Below, in pieces: positions 1-12,644 of a stretch of DNA of 64,000 nucleotides (its first letter is position 1; each line of letters opens with the position of its first letter). Below the pieces are notes generated by a model. That model searched no databases and had not been told where the DNA came from. It saw nothing but the letters and a program-made list of their open reading frames with translations. Origin of the DNA: Rebecca billardiae RCC1528 (Eukaryota; Protista; Haptophyta); NCBI GenBank assembly GCA_965240325.2, contig OZ251250.1, forward strand, positions 930,001 through 994,000. Direction: 5' to 3'. A program made the translations under genes and the position numbers.

Positions 1-583
1 ATCCGAGGCGGCCGGTAGTACCGTCTGAGTAGACGGTAGTCTCAACTCGAACGACGAGCGGCTTTTGTCCTATCGGGCGCCTAGGCGGGTACGCGAATTG
101 CGCTTATTATGTGAGCAGTACTAGTAGTGACTGCTAGTGTCGTGCCGCCGTCGGAGGCGTCGGACCGTGTCCGGTCCCGGCGAGTCGTGGCCCCGGGCAC
201 GCGCCACGCGGCGGACGCGGCGGCACCTGCTGGTCCTGGACCTGATGGTCCTGCGCCGCCGGCGCGGCAGCGCGGCGCGCCGGCAGCCGAGCCCGTGCCG
301 CGCAGTGACTCAGGCGACTCTCGCGAGACTCGAGTCCGAGACGGGCGAGGCGGCCTGCTTCCGGCTGCGCCCGCAGAAGCCAGAAATCAGAACTCCGCCC
401 GCCAATAATCCGCCCGCCTTCGTCCGGCTTCCCTCGGGCGCGCGGTGGCCCGCGTGGAGCCCTGAGCCTGAGGCGGCACTAGTCGCGGCTCGCGCTTGAC
501 GTATCGGCCGGGCTAAGCCGCTGGAGCCAATCAACGTATCGTCGTCAGTAAGTGCGTCCCTCATCCGGCCCGGCCCGCGTGAC

Positions 584-755
<172 letters not shown>

Positions 756-759
756 AGCT

Positions 760-3400
760 CACAGTGCAAGAAAACGACCCAACTTGCCCCATTTAGCTGT
801 CCGCACCACTAGTCGAGTCATCGAAAAATTCTGAAGCGGCGCGCCTAAATTCGGCGCACCATAGGCGCGTCGAATCGTGGCACAGAGCTTGGTAGCAGGC
901 CACGCCTGAGCGCGCTGCGCGCGCCGACGCGCGCTCGGCGCGGGCAAAAAAATCATGCGCCGTTGGCATTACGCAGCCCCGCGCAGCGCTGTGCTCGAGC
1001 TCGGCGGCGGCGAAAGCGGGCGGGCGCACACGGCGGTGCCCGTGCGCGCTGCTCCGAGCGCAGCTGCGGCCACCACGGCGGCATGCCGCCGGTCGAGGGC
1101 ACGAAAACCGATTTTTCGGGAAAATGCAGAGCAGCAGCGCCCGAGCGCGCCCGAGCTCGTCGCAGCACAGTCTCCTGGTGGCTGCGCCCCGTGAAGCCAC
1201 GCCACGCGGGGCGCTGGCGTGCGCGTGGCCTGCGCCCACCGTGCGCTGCCCGATCATGGCCGTCGACCGCTCCGAGCGCCTCACCACGCGTGCTCGGGCC
1301 CGCCGGCACTGACGCCCGAGCACGGTGCCGGCAGCGCACGCAGGCGGGCGTCGGAGAAAACACGCCGGCCGAACGAGCTTGCAGCGTCCGCCGTGACGCC
1401 AACGGCTGCGGACGACGTGCGCGCCACCTCGGCGCCGGTCGCCCAGCCCTTGCGCGGCGGCGCGGGCTCGCTCGTTCGCCGCCATCAGCTGCGCGCGCGC
1501 AGCCCGATCACTGCCCGCTGGCTGTGTTGTCGAGCAGCAGCGGCATGCCACACGCACTGCCGGACATTGAGCCACAGCGCGAGCACGCGCCTCGTCTGGC
1601 ACGCGCGAGCACTCAGCACCGTGCGTGGCCACCATGACGCGCCCATCTGTGCCAGCAGCGATGAGCACGCCGCCGTTCAGCTCGCATCGGGCTCGCTCGC
1701 GACGCAGCAACGCGCGGCCGCAGCGGCAGCAGCGGCGCCGTCGAGCACGCGCGGCAAACAAATCTGCAGCGCGGGCAAGTCGACGGTCTGGCAGATGCGC
1801 GATCACGCCACAGCAGGCTGGAAGAGCCCGCCCGAGCTGCAGCATGCCGTAGGTGCTGCCCCAAGCTCTCGACTGCCCGTAAGCGGCGGCATGTGCGGCG
1901 GCGCCGGCGGCGGCCATGCTGCCCCGCGGTTGCGCGCAGCGGGGCGCCGCCGGCACCTCCGCGGTGAAGCGCACAGCGCTCGAGCCCACGGGGGCTGGCG
2001 ACCGTCAAACCGACACCCCATGACGCGGGGCTGCGTGCGCCAGCTGCGCGCACTCCGTGGGCCCACCTAGCCCGCTCGAGCAGCTCGCCTTGGGTGCGCG
2101 CAGCGGCTCGAGCACACTGGTATGCGACGCCTGCCGTGCCGCTGCCGCCGAGCATGTGCGGCCGACGGTCACGCAGCACGGGCGACTCGACGGCGGCGAG
2201 CAGGCGCGACGGCCTCGCCGCGCCGCGCTAGAGCCTGCCCGAGCTGCAGCACGCCGTAGGAGCAGCCCAGCGCCCTCCTCCGCCCTCCAGCTTCGGCGCG
2301 CGCAGCAGGCCCGCCGGCGGCCATGCTCAGATGCTGGCGTGGCAGGAAGATGGGCGCGGCCGGCCGCGCCGTCGCAAAGCGCGCAGAACTCGAGCTCGGG
2401 GTGGCGGACGGCCGCCAAACTGGCGCCGCAGGACGTGGCACTGCGTGCGTCAGCTGCGCGCACCCGCTGCGCCCGCGTAGCCCGTGCGAGCGCCGCGCCT
2501 CGGGCACACGCAGCGGCTCGACAAAGCCACGGCAGTAGTGCTGTGCGCCCTGTCCGTGATCAGTCTCAGCTCTGAGGCACGCGCTCAGGAGGGCTGCGGC
2601 CGGGCCGAGCGCGATCTGCGCGGACGGTACAGCCTGGCGGCTCATGCCAGCCAGCCCAAAGCCCGCTCCGCCATCCGCGTCATGGCGCTCCAGCCTCTCG
2701 CGTGCTGCGCTGCAGCCGCGCTCGGCTGAAGACGTCGCCGAGTCCGCCGGGCACGCCGGCTGAGCAGTGGCAGCCAGGCGAAGCGTCGTCGCGGGCGAGG
2801 CTGCGCTGGGTGATGCGGCTCGGGTCGGTGGGCAAGTCGCACCCCGCCGTCGGTCGCCTCCACGCCCCCGGCTCGCTCGAGGTCAAAGTCAACTGCGCGA
2901 CGCGGAGCGTTCGCGGGCGCGCCGCGGGCGTGGCGCGGTGTACGCGTGGATACAAGCAGCCTCCCACGGATACTCAGAAGGGTGAGACGCACCGCCAGCG
3001 GCACCAGCACACAGTTGCACCCCACAAGACACACCTGCCGTGTCGACTGAAGCATCAGGCTCGGGCGCAACCGCGCGCGGCGCATGCGGGCCGCGGCGCG
3101 CTCGCACCGCGCGCGCCGTGAGGGCGAAAGGAGAGCACCCGTCAGGGCGGCGAGGAACTTGCCCAGCGCCACGCGGAAGACGACCCCAGCCCGCGTCGAC
3201 GCATAGTCGGGTCCGCGAGCAGCCTCGTCGGTCTTCGCGGAGTAGGTCGCGCCGCGAGCGAGGCAGCCCGCTCGTTTGTCCTCCGTCGCCGCAAAGTCGC
3301 CCGCTCCGCGGCGAGCTTCCACTGTCCGGCCGAGACGGGATTCGCTGACGGAGTAGCGGACCGTCCGAATGGTCACGGAAAATTCCAATCCGGCACTGTG
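760..3400. mobile_element. Possible degenerate DNA transposon bounded by CACAGTGC...GCACTGTG
   Basis: 8-bp inverted termini (760-767 and 3393-3400), each flanked by CT (possible 2-bp TSD). Internal 1708-2545 recurs at 40171-41050. No intact transposase recognised. Confidence 0.35.
1708..2545 (+). repeat. Dispersed repeat, copy 1 (partner at 40171-41050)
   Basis: Colinear, highly similar direct copy, e.g. shared caagctctcgactgcccgtaagcggcggcatgtgcggcggcgcc. Internal ~410-bp periodicity (1820s vs 2230s). Confidence 0.9.
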
Positions 3401-3656
3401 CTTATTATTGCCGAGTAGTCAGATCTGTGAGATATCACTACAGCGCGCGCATACAGCAGGTCTCGCGTCTCTCTCTCTGGCTCTCTCTCTATAACAGCAG
3501 TCTCAACAGCAGCCTGCTGCTGTGAATTTTTCATCTGCTGCTCGACGAGTGCCGGCGACGATTATCAATCACGATGGTCATTGTCAATGCGTGCGCGCGC
3601 GGGGATTGGCGGTCGTCTGCGCCGACCGGCGCGATCGACGTGCGATGCGCTGGCAC

Positions 3657-4559
3657 TTAGCGCGGCGCGACGAGGGCTGCCATTGATGCCAGCGTCCCTG
3701 GCAGCTTGTGCGACAAGCGCCCGCCGCCTGCAGTGGCGTCCGGTGCTGGACGCGGTCCCAGCGCGTGCCCAGCGGGCGCGCTCGGTGCGTGCGCAGGCTT
3801 TGACGATGCCATCGAGGCGCTGGCTGCGGGAGCGGCAGCGGCGGGCGTCGAGGTCGGGCCCAAGCAGCGATCGTCGTTGTCGAGCCCGTGCCGCGACGGC
3901 GGGGTCCAGGGCGCGGCAGGCGGCGCGCCGCTGCGGGGAGCCGGCGGCTGCAGCTTGGGCCGAAGCAGCGGCAGCCCTCCGCGCAGCAGCGGAGGGATCA
4001 GTGCGGAGAGAGACGGGCGCCGTTGCTGCGGGGCGGCGCGCTCGAAGCTCGAATCGGCCAGCAGCTGCGAGATGGCATCGCAGAGGTTCGCGCTGCTGAG
4101 CACGGCGTGCGCCCGCGCGTCCTCATCCTGCGAGTCGTACGCATCGTCGTCGTCGTCGTCGTCGTCGTCATCGTCGCTGCTGTCGTCTGTGTCTGTGCCG
4201 ATGTTCCAAGCGTCCGCGCCCGGCGGGGCTGTGGTAGCGGGCTGGAGCGCAGCGCCTGAGCGCCCCCGGGCTTCGGGCGACGAGTACCTCGAGTTCGGGG
4301 CCGTCGAGCGCATGCTCAGCTCCGCGTCCGACGACGGGCTGAGCGACAGGCACACGGACGACACGCCCACCGCGGCTGACAGTGACGCGTCCGACGCGTC
4401 CGACGCGCCGTTGGCGTGGCTCGTCGGCTTCTGAGCGGAGGGGGCGTTGCGTGCTGTGCTCGAGGATGGTGAGAGCATGTCGGCGCGCACGTCGATGGGC
4501 GCGAGCTGTTCGGGTCCGTCGCCAGCGCTCGAGACGAGGCCGGCCGCCGACGTGAGCAT
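3657..4559 (-). CDS. Hypothetical protein with poly-Asp tract
   Basis: Open frame from ATG 4559 with a [15 protein letters not shown] tract; no recognisable domain. Confidence 0.25.
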   Translation of the reverse strand: MLTSAAGLVSSAGDGPEQLAPIDVRADMLSPSSSTARNAPSAQKPTSHANGASDASDASLSAAVGVSSVCLSLSPSSDAELSMRSTAPNSRYSSPEARGRSGAALQPATTAPPGADAWNIGTDTDDSSDDDDDDDDDDDAYDSQDEDARAHAVLSSANLCDAISQLLADSSFERAAPQQRRPSLSALIPPLLRGGLPLLRPKLQPPAPRSGAPPAAPWTPPSRHGLDNDDRCLGPTSTPAAAAPAASASMASSKPAHAPSAPAGHALGPRPAPDATAGGGRLSHKLPGTLASMAALVAPR

Positions 4560-4960
4560 TAGTCGCTGCCGCTTGACGAGACGCGGATTACGCGCGCGCG
4601 GGTGGACCCACGCAAAAACGACGGTGTCAGACGAAATGATAGTAGCCTCGCTGCGAAAGGTACTCCGGTTACCATGATTCCTTGAAGGTGTCCCCGCGTG
4701 ATCCGTCAAGCGGCGTAAATGCTTAATACATATACTTATATATAAGTATATGTGTTTAAATATAGATAACCGTAAAGAAGAAACGAAGCGGTGTGGGGAG
4801 GATGTCTCAGACATACGGTGATGTCTCAGACAATGATCATGCTTGTACTTGTTCAGATTCTGTAAGCCTGTGCGGAATAATGCTCCGAAAACCGAAGTCT
4901 TTGACATGGGGGATCTCAACCACGTCAAGTGTGAAGGTTCGACATCCAAAATTTCAACTA

Positions 4961-5554
4961 CAGGTGGATACGGGCTAACTGGACACAGGGGCTATCTGGA
5001 CACTCAGCGGGCGGCGGGCCTCGTGGCGAGGGCTCGTGGGCGAACGAGCACGAGCGCCCACTGGCGGGTCGCCACGACGGCGCACGATGTTCGCTGAACT
5101 CACCTGGTCGTGAGACGTCGTCTGCGCACGCGCCAGGTCGCGCTTCTCGCCGCCTTCGCCTTGTTTCGTGAGTCCCGCGCACAAGGGCGAACGCCAGCGT
5201 TTCAAGCCGCAAGGCGCGTGCGCGGACTCAGGAAGGGCGGACTCCGAGGCAAGGCGCGGTTGCGCTGGCGTGGGTAGGTCCCAGAGCAACCGTCCGAGCC
5301 GCTGCACACGCTTTTCCTCCGCGCGCGCGTCTCTGAGCTCGATTCCCATGCCTCAGCCAGTGCCAGGGGCTAATTGGACAGTGCCATTGCGGCCGCCACG
5401 CGCGGAGACGGGCCCGCAGCGCAGAAAGCGCGCTGCGGCGGAACTCCAGGGACCCCCTGAAGTCCGTCCCTGGCGCCCCTTCGACCCCAATGCTCCCAGG
5501 GAGGCCTCCGCGTGAGTTGGGTCGGCCACTGTCCAGATCACCCGTATCCACCTG
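4961..5554. mobile_element. MITE with TA target-site duplication (Tc1/mariner-type ends)
   Basis: TA|CAGGTGGATACGGG at 4959-4974 and CCCGTATCCACCTG|TA at 5541-5556; subterminal GGGCTAnnTGGACA repeats; non-coding. Confidence 0.8.
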
Positions 5555-5928
5555 TAGGGGATCTCAGCCACGTCAGGTGCTTGTGTTAACCACTATAACC
5601 GCGAACAATCGGATTCAATTTGCTATGAAGTCCTCGCGAAGGAGATCTCAGCCACGTCAGATACTTGTATTCGCAAGGATAAATCGGCTTGAACGTCGAT
5701 ACCTCCAAACAGATGCGAGGCGGTGCGGGGTCCTCGGACAAATGTCAAATATTCGGTGACTGATTGATTGTCATGTACAGCTGGTGATTGGTCGACAGGC
5801 AATCTCAGCCTTGTCGCGCGTATTTTGGGCGGTTTAAAAAGGCGAAGCGCCATTTTTTCATCTGAAGTACCCCTATATTACCCCCATATAAGATACCATA
5901 AGATAGTTCAGGGCGGAAAGTCCGGGAG

Positions 5929-6829
5929 GTGACGAAACACAAAAAGTTGGTCCGCTGGGCCGCGGTGCGCGATGCAGCGGTGCTCCCGCGCGCTCGGGCG
6001 GCCACTTGCCCGCCGTGCGCGTGGCAATATGCGCGTCAGCACCGGCTGGGACGTGCCTGTGGGATGATGTGGTCTGTGAACGTCCCATCAGTGCGCTTGA
6101 ATGACCGTGTCGCGCGCGTGTGATGCAGTACGCGTGCACCGCTGTGCTTGCTCGCCCGTGCTCGTCGCTTGCGCCGAACGCGCGGCTGGCACGAGGTTGT
6201 GCTCGGTGAGCGAGTACTGACTGAAGCCACCAAGCGTTTGTGTGAGATAATGCCGCTCTCTCAACGCTTCACCATCTCCACGGTCGCGTCGCATCGCATC
6301 TTTCGGGGCAACTTCGAAGCACGCATGCTGCATGGTGTATTCCGCGCTCAAAGGTATTTCAAATTGAAAAGCAATGGCCTGTCTCAGTGGTGTAATGCTT
6401 GAGACAGCTTGGCATGCGTGATCCTCCGGAGAACGCAGCTGTAGGGGACAGTGCGCGGCAGGAGCAAGGGCAGACGCCATGTACGTGCCGTGAACGGCCC
6501 AAGTCGGTACTCGCTCTCCGAGCACAACCTCGTGCCAGCCGCGCGTTCGGGACTTCGGCGCAAGCGACGAGCACGGGCCCGCGGAGCAAGTCACAGCGGT
6601 GCACGCGTACTGCATCACACGCGCGCGACACGGTCATTCAAGCGCACTGATGGGACGTTCACAGACCATATCATCCTGGCACAGGCACGTCCCAGCCGGT
6701 GCTGACGCGCATATTGCCACGCGCACGGCGGGCAAGTGGCCGCCCGAGCGCGCGGGAGCACCGCTGCCATCGCGCACCGCGGCCCCACCGCCCCAGCGGC
6801 CAGCGGACCAACTTTTTGTGTTTCGTCAC
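5929..6829. repeat. Long foldback inverted repeat (arms ~5929-6222 and ~6502-6829, ~280-bp spacer)
   Basis: GTGACGAAACACAAAAAGTTGGTCCGCTGG... is reverse-complemented by ...CCAGCGGACCAACTTTTTGTGTTTCGTCAC; arms are near-identical with small indels. Confidence 0.93.
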
Positions 6830-6935
6830 GCAGTTGATCAAGAGAGTCCGGCCGGGGGCTCACCGTTGAATCGGTACTGGTACCGCCATGAATCGTGAGC
6901 CGCGGGCGGACCTTCCGCCCGGCCCCACCCCCCCC

Positions 6936-9900
6936 TCAGAGGCCGGCGCCGAGGGCGTCGAGCGCGAGCGTGGGGACGGCCGGCTCGGCGCAGTACGCGC
7001 TGCCGTTGTGGATCAGGCTGACGAACCGGCCGGCGCCGCCGCCGCCCCCGAGCGGCTCCCACACGTCGTGCATGCAGTAGTGCGCGCGCGCGTCCGCGTG
7101 CGCCGCGCGCGCGGCTGCGGAGCGCGCGTACCCCGTGTTGGACGACAGCACGTGCGCGTCGCACAGGCCGTAGAGCCAGTGCTCGGCCGCCGCGAGCAGC
7201 ACGCCCGCCTCGCGGCTCGCCGCCGAGCCGCTCCCGTGCGCGATGTGCTGCAGAGCGGCCGCGCCCGGCGTCACCACCTCCGAGCCCGCGGCCAGAGCGC
7301 CGCCGGTGGCGCGCGCGAAGGCGGCACCGAGCGCTTCCGGAGCGCACGCGCGCAGTTGGTGCGAGTCGGAGAGGAAGAGGAAGAGCGGACGCGGCGCGGC
7401 GGCGCCACCCGCGGGCGTCGTGCCGTTCGCGCCGCCGGCGCCGCCGGCCGCCGCGCGCTCGGCCGCCAGCCGGCGGTACACAGCCACCGACTTTTCGAAC
7501 ATGAATGTGTATGGCGCGCACGCGTCGGGCGCGCCGGCCGAGAGCTCGCCGGAGAGCAGCCGCCGGGGCGCGGCCGCGCCACCGGGGCCCGGCTCGTCGC
7601 CTGCCGGCTCGGCGTCCGGCGCGGGCGCGGCGGGCTCGGCGGCCGGCGTCGCCGCCGCGGAGGCGCCCGCCGGCTGCGTCGCGGCGTCGGCGGCGTGCGC
7701 TTCGCTTCCGGCCGGCTGCGGCGGCTGCGCGCCCGGCGCGAGCGCACCGCCCGGCGCGCCGGCCGGCTGAGCAGACGGCGCCGCCGCCGGCGCGTCGGCC
7801 GGCGGCTCGGCGGCCGGCGGCTCGGGCTGCGCCGCCACCGCTGAGCCGTCAGCTGCGGCCGGCGCGCCGCCCAGCAGCGGTGTCGCAGCGGGCGCGCCCG
7901 CGATGGGCGCGGCGGCCGACTCCGCCGCCGCCGCCGCCGCCCCCGGATCGGCAGGTGCCGCCGTCGGCACGGCGGCAGGCGCGGCCTCGGCGGGCGGGTA
8001 GACAGCCGGCTCGGCCACGCCCGCCACCTCCACCGCCGTCGCCGCCTCCTCCGCCGTCGCCGCCGCCTCGGCCGCGGCCGCCGTGGGCGCAGCCGCGTCC
8101 GCCTGCGCGCCGCCAGCCGCCTCGGCCGCCGCCCCGGCCGCCGCGCCCGCACTGCCGTGCGCGGCTTGCGGGGCCTCCGGAGGGTCCGGAGGGTCCAGAG
8201 GGTCCGGACCTTCCGGACCCTCCGGACCTTCCGGACCTTCCGGACCTTCCGGACCTTCCGGACCCTCCGGAGGGTCCGGACCCTCCGGACCCTCCGGAGG
8301 GTCCGGAGCCTCCGGAGGCTCCGTGGCGGCGCCGCTGCCCTCGGGGCGCGGGGTCGCCTCGTGCTGCCCGGCGCCCGCGCCCGGCGCAGCCGCTACCGTC
8401 GTCGCGCCCGCGCCCCCCGCAGCTGCCCCGCCCTCCGCCGCCGCGGCCGCGCCGGCCGGCTCCGCCGCACCCGGCGGCGCGCGCGCAGCAGCGTCATCGC
8501 CTGCCGTGCCGCCAGCCTGCTGCGTCTGCGTGGCGTCCGCCTGCTGCGCGCCGGCCGCGCGGGCCGCCAGCTCAGCCCCCTGCTGCGCGGGAGCGGGCGT
8601 CGCCCCCGCGACCGGTGCCGCCGCGGACGCCGCCGCCGCGGCGCCGGCCTGCGCGGCGGCTGCCGCCTCCGCAGCCGTGGCGGCCGCCTCGGCTGCCGCG
8701 CCGACAACCTCGGCCGCCGCGGCCTCGGCCTCCGCGGAGGCCGCGGCGGCCGCGGCGGCCACGGCCGTCGTACTGTCGGCGGCCGCCGCGTCGGCCGCCG
8801 CAGCCGCCGCCTCTGCGGGCGCCGCGGCTGTCGCGTCGTCGGCCGCCGCGTCGGCCGCCGCCGCCACCGCCTCCGTGCCCGCTGCGGCCGTCGCATCGGC
8901 GTCGGCCGCGCCGGCCGCCGCCGACGTTGGCGCGGCCGCGGCCGCGGCCGCCTGCGCGCGCGCCGCCGCCGCCGCGTCCGCGACCGCGGGCGCTGCACCT
9001 GCCTGCGTGGCGGTGGGCTGCGCCTGCGGCATCGCCGCCGCCGCCTGCTGCGCCGCCGATGCCGCTGGGCTCGGCTGCGGCTGTGGCTGCGCCGCCGCCG
9101 CCTCGGCCGAGGCGGCGGCGGCGGCGGCGACGGCGGCGGCCGGCTGCGCGCCGCGCGCCGCCGCGCCGCCGGCGGGCGCCGCCCCGAGTCTGGCGGCGGC
9201 GGCGTTGGCGGCGGCGGCGTTGGCGGCGTTGGCCTTGGCCTTGGCGAAGGCGCGGTCGCCGGAGCGTATGTGCAGCCCGACGCGCACGCGCCCCTCCGCG
9301 CCCGCGCTGACCACGCGCGCCAGCGCGTCGCCGACCGCGCCGAGCGTGCGCGGCCGCGGCCGCAGCAGCGCGCGCAGCAGGCAGCCAAACTGGCCGCTGG
9401 TGGCGTTGAGGCCGCCCGCCGCGTCGCGCCGGCGCGCGTGCAGCGGCGAGGCGAGGAGCGCCTGCGTGAAGCCGCGGTTCGAGGCGAGCTCGAGCGCGGG
9501 CGTCGGGTAGAGCGTCTCCAGATCCGTCTGTGCGTGCGCGGCGCGCAGCTGCCCCTTCGACTTGTTGATCAGCCGGACTTTTGCGGGCTGCGGCCGGACT
9601 TTCGAGTGGCCGGGCGCCGCCGGCCCCGCCGCGGGCGCGTCGGCGGCGGCGGCGTCGGCGTCGGCGGCGCGGCGCGGCGCGGGTGCGCGGCGGAAGAGCT
9701 GCGCGGACGTCAGCCCGGGCAGCGCGCTGTCGTACGCAAGCGGCAGCTCCGCGTCGTCCACGAGCAGCGCGCGCTCGGTGAGGACAGCTAGCAGGAAGGC
9801 GCTCACCAGGCCGGACAGGCGGTCGGCCAGGCCGCCCGGACAGCCCGCGCCGCCGTGCGGGCCGCACTGGTAGGCGAGGTAGCGGCCCGAGGCGAGGAGG

Positions 9901-10150
9901 GAGGCGTGGCGCGCGGCGTACGCGGCCGCCCAGTCGGTGGGCGCGCGGCACGCCGCAGGGAGCGGGTCCCAACCCTCGGGCAGCGGCGGCGGGGTCGGCT
10001 CGGCGGCTGGCTCGGCGGCCGGCTCGGCGGGCGGCTCGGTGGGCGCGGGCGTGCCGGCCGCGCCCGGCGGCGTCACGCTGACGATGCGCGCGCCGCCCGT
10101 TGTCCGGTTGTCCAGCACGCGCCGCGCCGTCGAGTAGAGCACTGGCGGCG

Positions 10151-10182
<32 letters not shown>

Positions 10183-10620
10183 TGCGGCTGCGGCTGCGGC
10201 TGCGGCTGCGGCTGCGGCTGCGGCGGCTGCTGCGCGGCCGCCGTCGCGGCCGCGGCTGCGGGCGCGGCTGGCTGCGGCGGCGGCTGCTGCTGCTGCTGCT
10301 GCTGCTGCGCGGCGGCGGCGGCGGCGGCGCTGCCGGCCGGCCCCGCCTCGGCGTCCGGGCACGCGCCGTCCAGCGCCTCGCGCACCGTACGGCACGTCGC
10401 GTACCGCACCGCGCAGGCCGTCAGGTTTGAGCTGTTGAGCCAACGCCCCTCTGCCGGGCGCGCGCTTGCGGCCGTGAGCGCGTACGAGGAGCCGTGGGTG
10501 AAGGCGAGGGTGCGGCCGGGCGGCACGAGGGAGAGGACGAACCACTCGGCGACGGTGGAGAGCACGGCCTCCGCCGCGGGGCTGAGCGGCGTGGGCGTGG
10601 GCGCGGGCGCGGGCGTCGCC

Positions 10621-10654
<34 letters not shown>

Positions 10655-10704
10655 CGCCGCCGTCGCCGCCGCCGCCGCCGCCGCGCCGGCCGCGCCGGCC
10701 GCGC

Positions 10705-10743
<39 letters not shown>

Positions 10744-12644
10744 AGCGTCTTGCGCTTCGAGCCGCCGCTGCCGCCCTTCGCGCCGCCGCCGCCGCCGCCG
10801 CCCTTCGCGCACGCGGGGCACGCCGCCCACGGCGCGTACACCGCGCCGCCCGACGCGATCACCAGCCCCCCGCCCGCCTCCGCCCGCTCGCGCCGCGCCT
10901 CCTCCGCCACGCCGCCGTCGTCCGACGTGACGAAGAGGGGGGCGCGCGCGGCGGCGAGGCCGGTGAGCAGCAGCGCGCAGCGCACGATCGAGCGCGTGCC
11001 CAGCGGCTGCGGCGCGCCCACCCTGAGCGCCGCCGCGCGCGCCCCGGACACGCCCGGACTCTTGGCGTCGCGGTGCGCGTCCATGGCGTGCGTGCGCATG
11101 CGCAGCTGCAGCGCGTCGAACGACGAAACCGGCGGGCGGAGCGGCGGGGGCAGGCCGCGCGCGGCGGCGGCGGCGAGCGCGTCGGCGGGTGGCGCGGGCT
11201 GCGACGGGTCCGCGAGCAGCTCGCCGATCCTCCGCCGCGTCGCCGCCGCGGGGCGCCACAGCCAGCGCAGCACGCACCCCCAGCGACACCCGCCTCCATG
11301 CTTGGTGCGACCGGGCCCGCCATGGCAGTCGTCCGCCCACCGCGCGAGCGTGTCGGCGAAGAGCGGGTTGAGCGCGAGGTCGTACGAGCGCTCGAAGGCG
11401 TCGCGCATCAGCCACACCCGCGCGCCGCCGAACCGGTCGTCGCCCACGAACCGCGCGCTCTTGTAGTCCACGCGCGCGTGCGGAACACACGGAAGCGGCG
11501 CGCACCACGACAACTCAAGCGAGGAGCGGCGGCGCGCGGAGGCGTAGTCGGAGAGGGCGGCCTCCTCGGCGGCGGGGTTGGCGGTGAGGGCGGGGTCGCC
11601 CACGCCCGAGCCGAGCATCCGCCAGTCGATCGCGCGCGGCGTCACCAGCTCCGTCAGCGCCAGCGGCTGCGTCCAGTTGTGCACCAGCAGCACGCGGCGG
11701 GTCAGCATGCTCAGCAGCAGCGCGCCGCGGAGCGCGCGCACGCGGTTGCCCCAGCCGAAGTTGTTCGGGCTGAACTCGAGCCACGGGCCGCGCAGCCGGT
11801 TGGCCGCGTGGAACGCCGCGTACTCGCGCAGCGCCACGCGCATCGGGCCGTCCGCCGCCCCGGGTGGCGCGGCCGAGCCGGCGGCGGCCGCGCGCCGCGC
11901 CGCCGGACCGGCGCTGCCGCCGGCCGCGCCGCGCGCCGCGTCCGCGTCCGCGTCGCCCGCGGCGGGCGGGCGGCCGCCCGGCTCGGCCGCGCCCCCCGGC
12001 TCGGCCGCACGCGCCGCCGCCGCGCCGCGCCACCCGCCGCCGCCCTGCGCGCCCTGCAGCTGCGCCGGAACGCCGCTCATGTGGCGCGGGATGGCGCGCG
12101 CCGCGTCCGCCGCGCCGGCCGCGTGCGCGTAGCCCGCGGGCACGGCGCGGTCGGCGCGCGCGCGCGGCATGGGCTCGTACGACGGCAGCGCGAGCCACGG
12201 CTCCGGCCCGCCGCGCGCCGCGCCGCCGCCGCCGCCCTCCGCCGGGGGCGCGCCGCCGCTCGCCCAGCCGCCGGCCGCGCGCGCGCCGCCGCGCGCGCCC
12301 TCGCCAAAGGGCGCGCCGCCGGCATAGGGCGCGCGGCGCCGCAAGGGCGTGGGCTCGGCGGGGAGCAGCTCGCGCCCCAGCGCGCCGGGCCGCACGCCGC
12401 GCGGCGCGCGCAGCCCGCGCGCGTGCGCGAGCCCGGCGCGCGGCGCGTTCGCGTCGCGCGCCGAGCGCTCGCCGCCCGCGTCGGCGCGCGAGCGCGCGAG
12501 CATGCGCTGCACGGCGAGGAAGGGGAGGACGCTGCCGACGAGCGCGGCCACGACGAGCACGCCCCACCGCCGGCGCCGCGCCGGCCGCGCCGGGGCGGGG
12601 CGCGCCACCTCACGCGGCGAGTGCGGCCCGCGCTCCACTCCCAT
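6936..12644 (-). CDS. Type II membrane protein with two tandem fucosyltransferase-like (alpha-1,2/1,6/O-FucT superfamily) domains
   Basis: First ATG 12644; N-terminal anchor WGVLVVAALVGSVLPFLAV. Domain 1: NNFGWGNRVRALRGALLLSMLTRRVLLV, ALQLRMR, PLFVTSDD, AEWFVLS..SSYA. Domain 2: GGLADRLSGLVSAFLLAVLTERALLVD, VGLHIRSGD, LFLFLSDS, AEHWLYGLCDAHVLSSNTGYARSAA. Confidence 0.75.
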
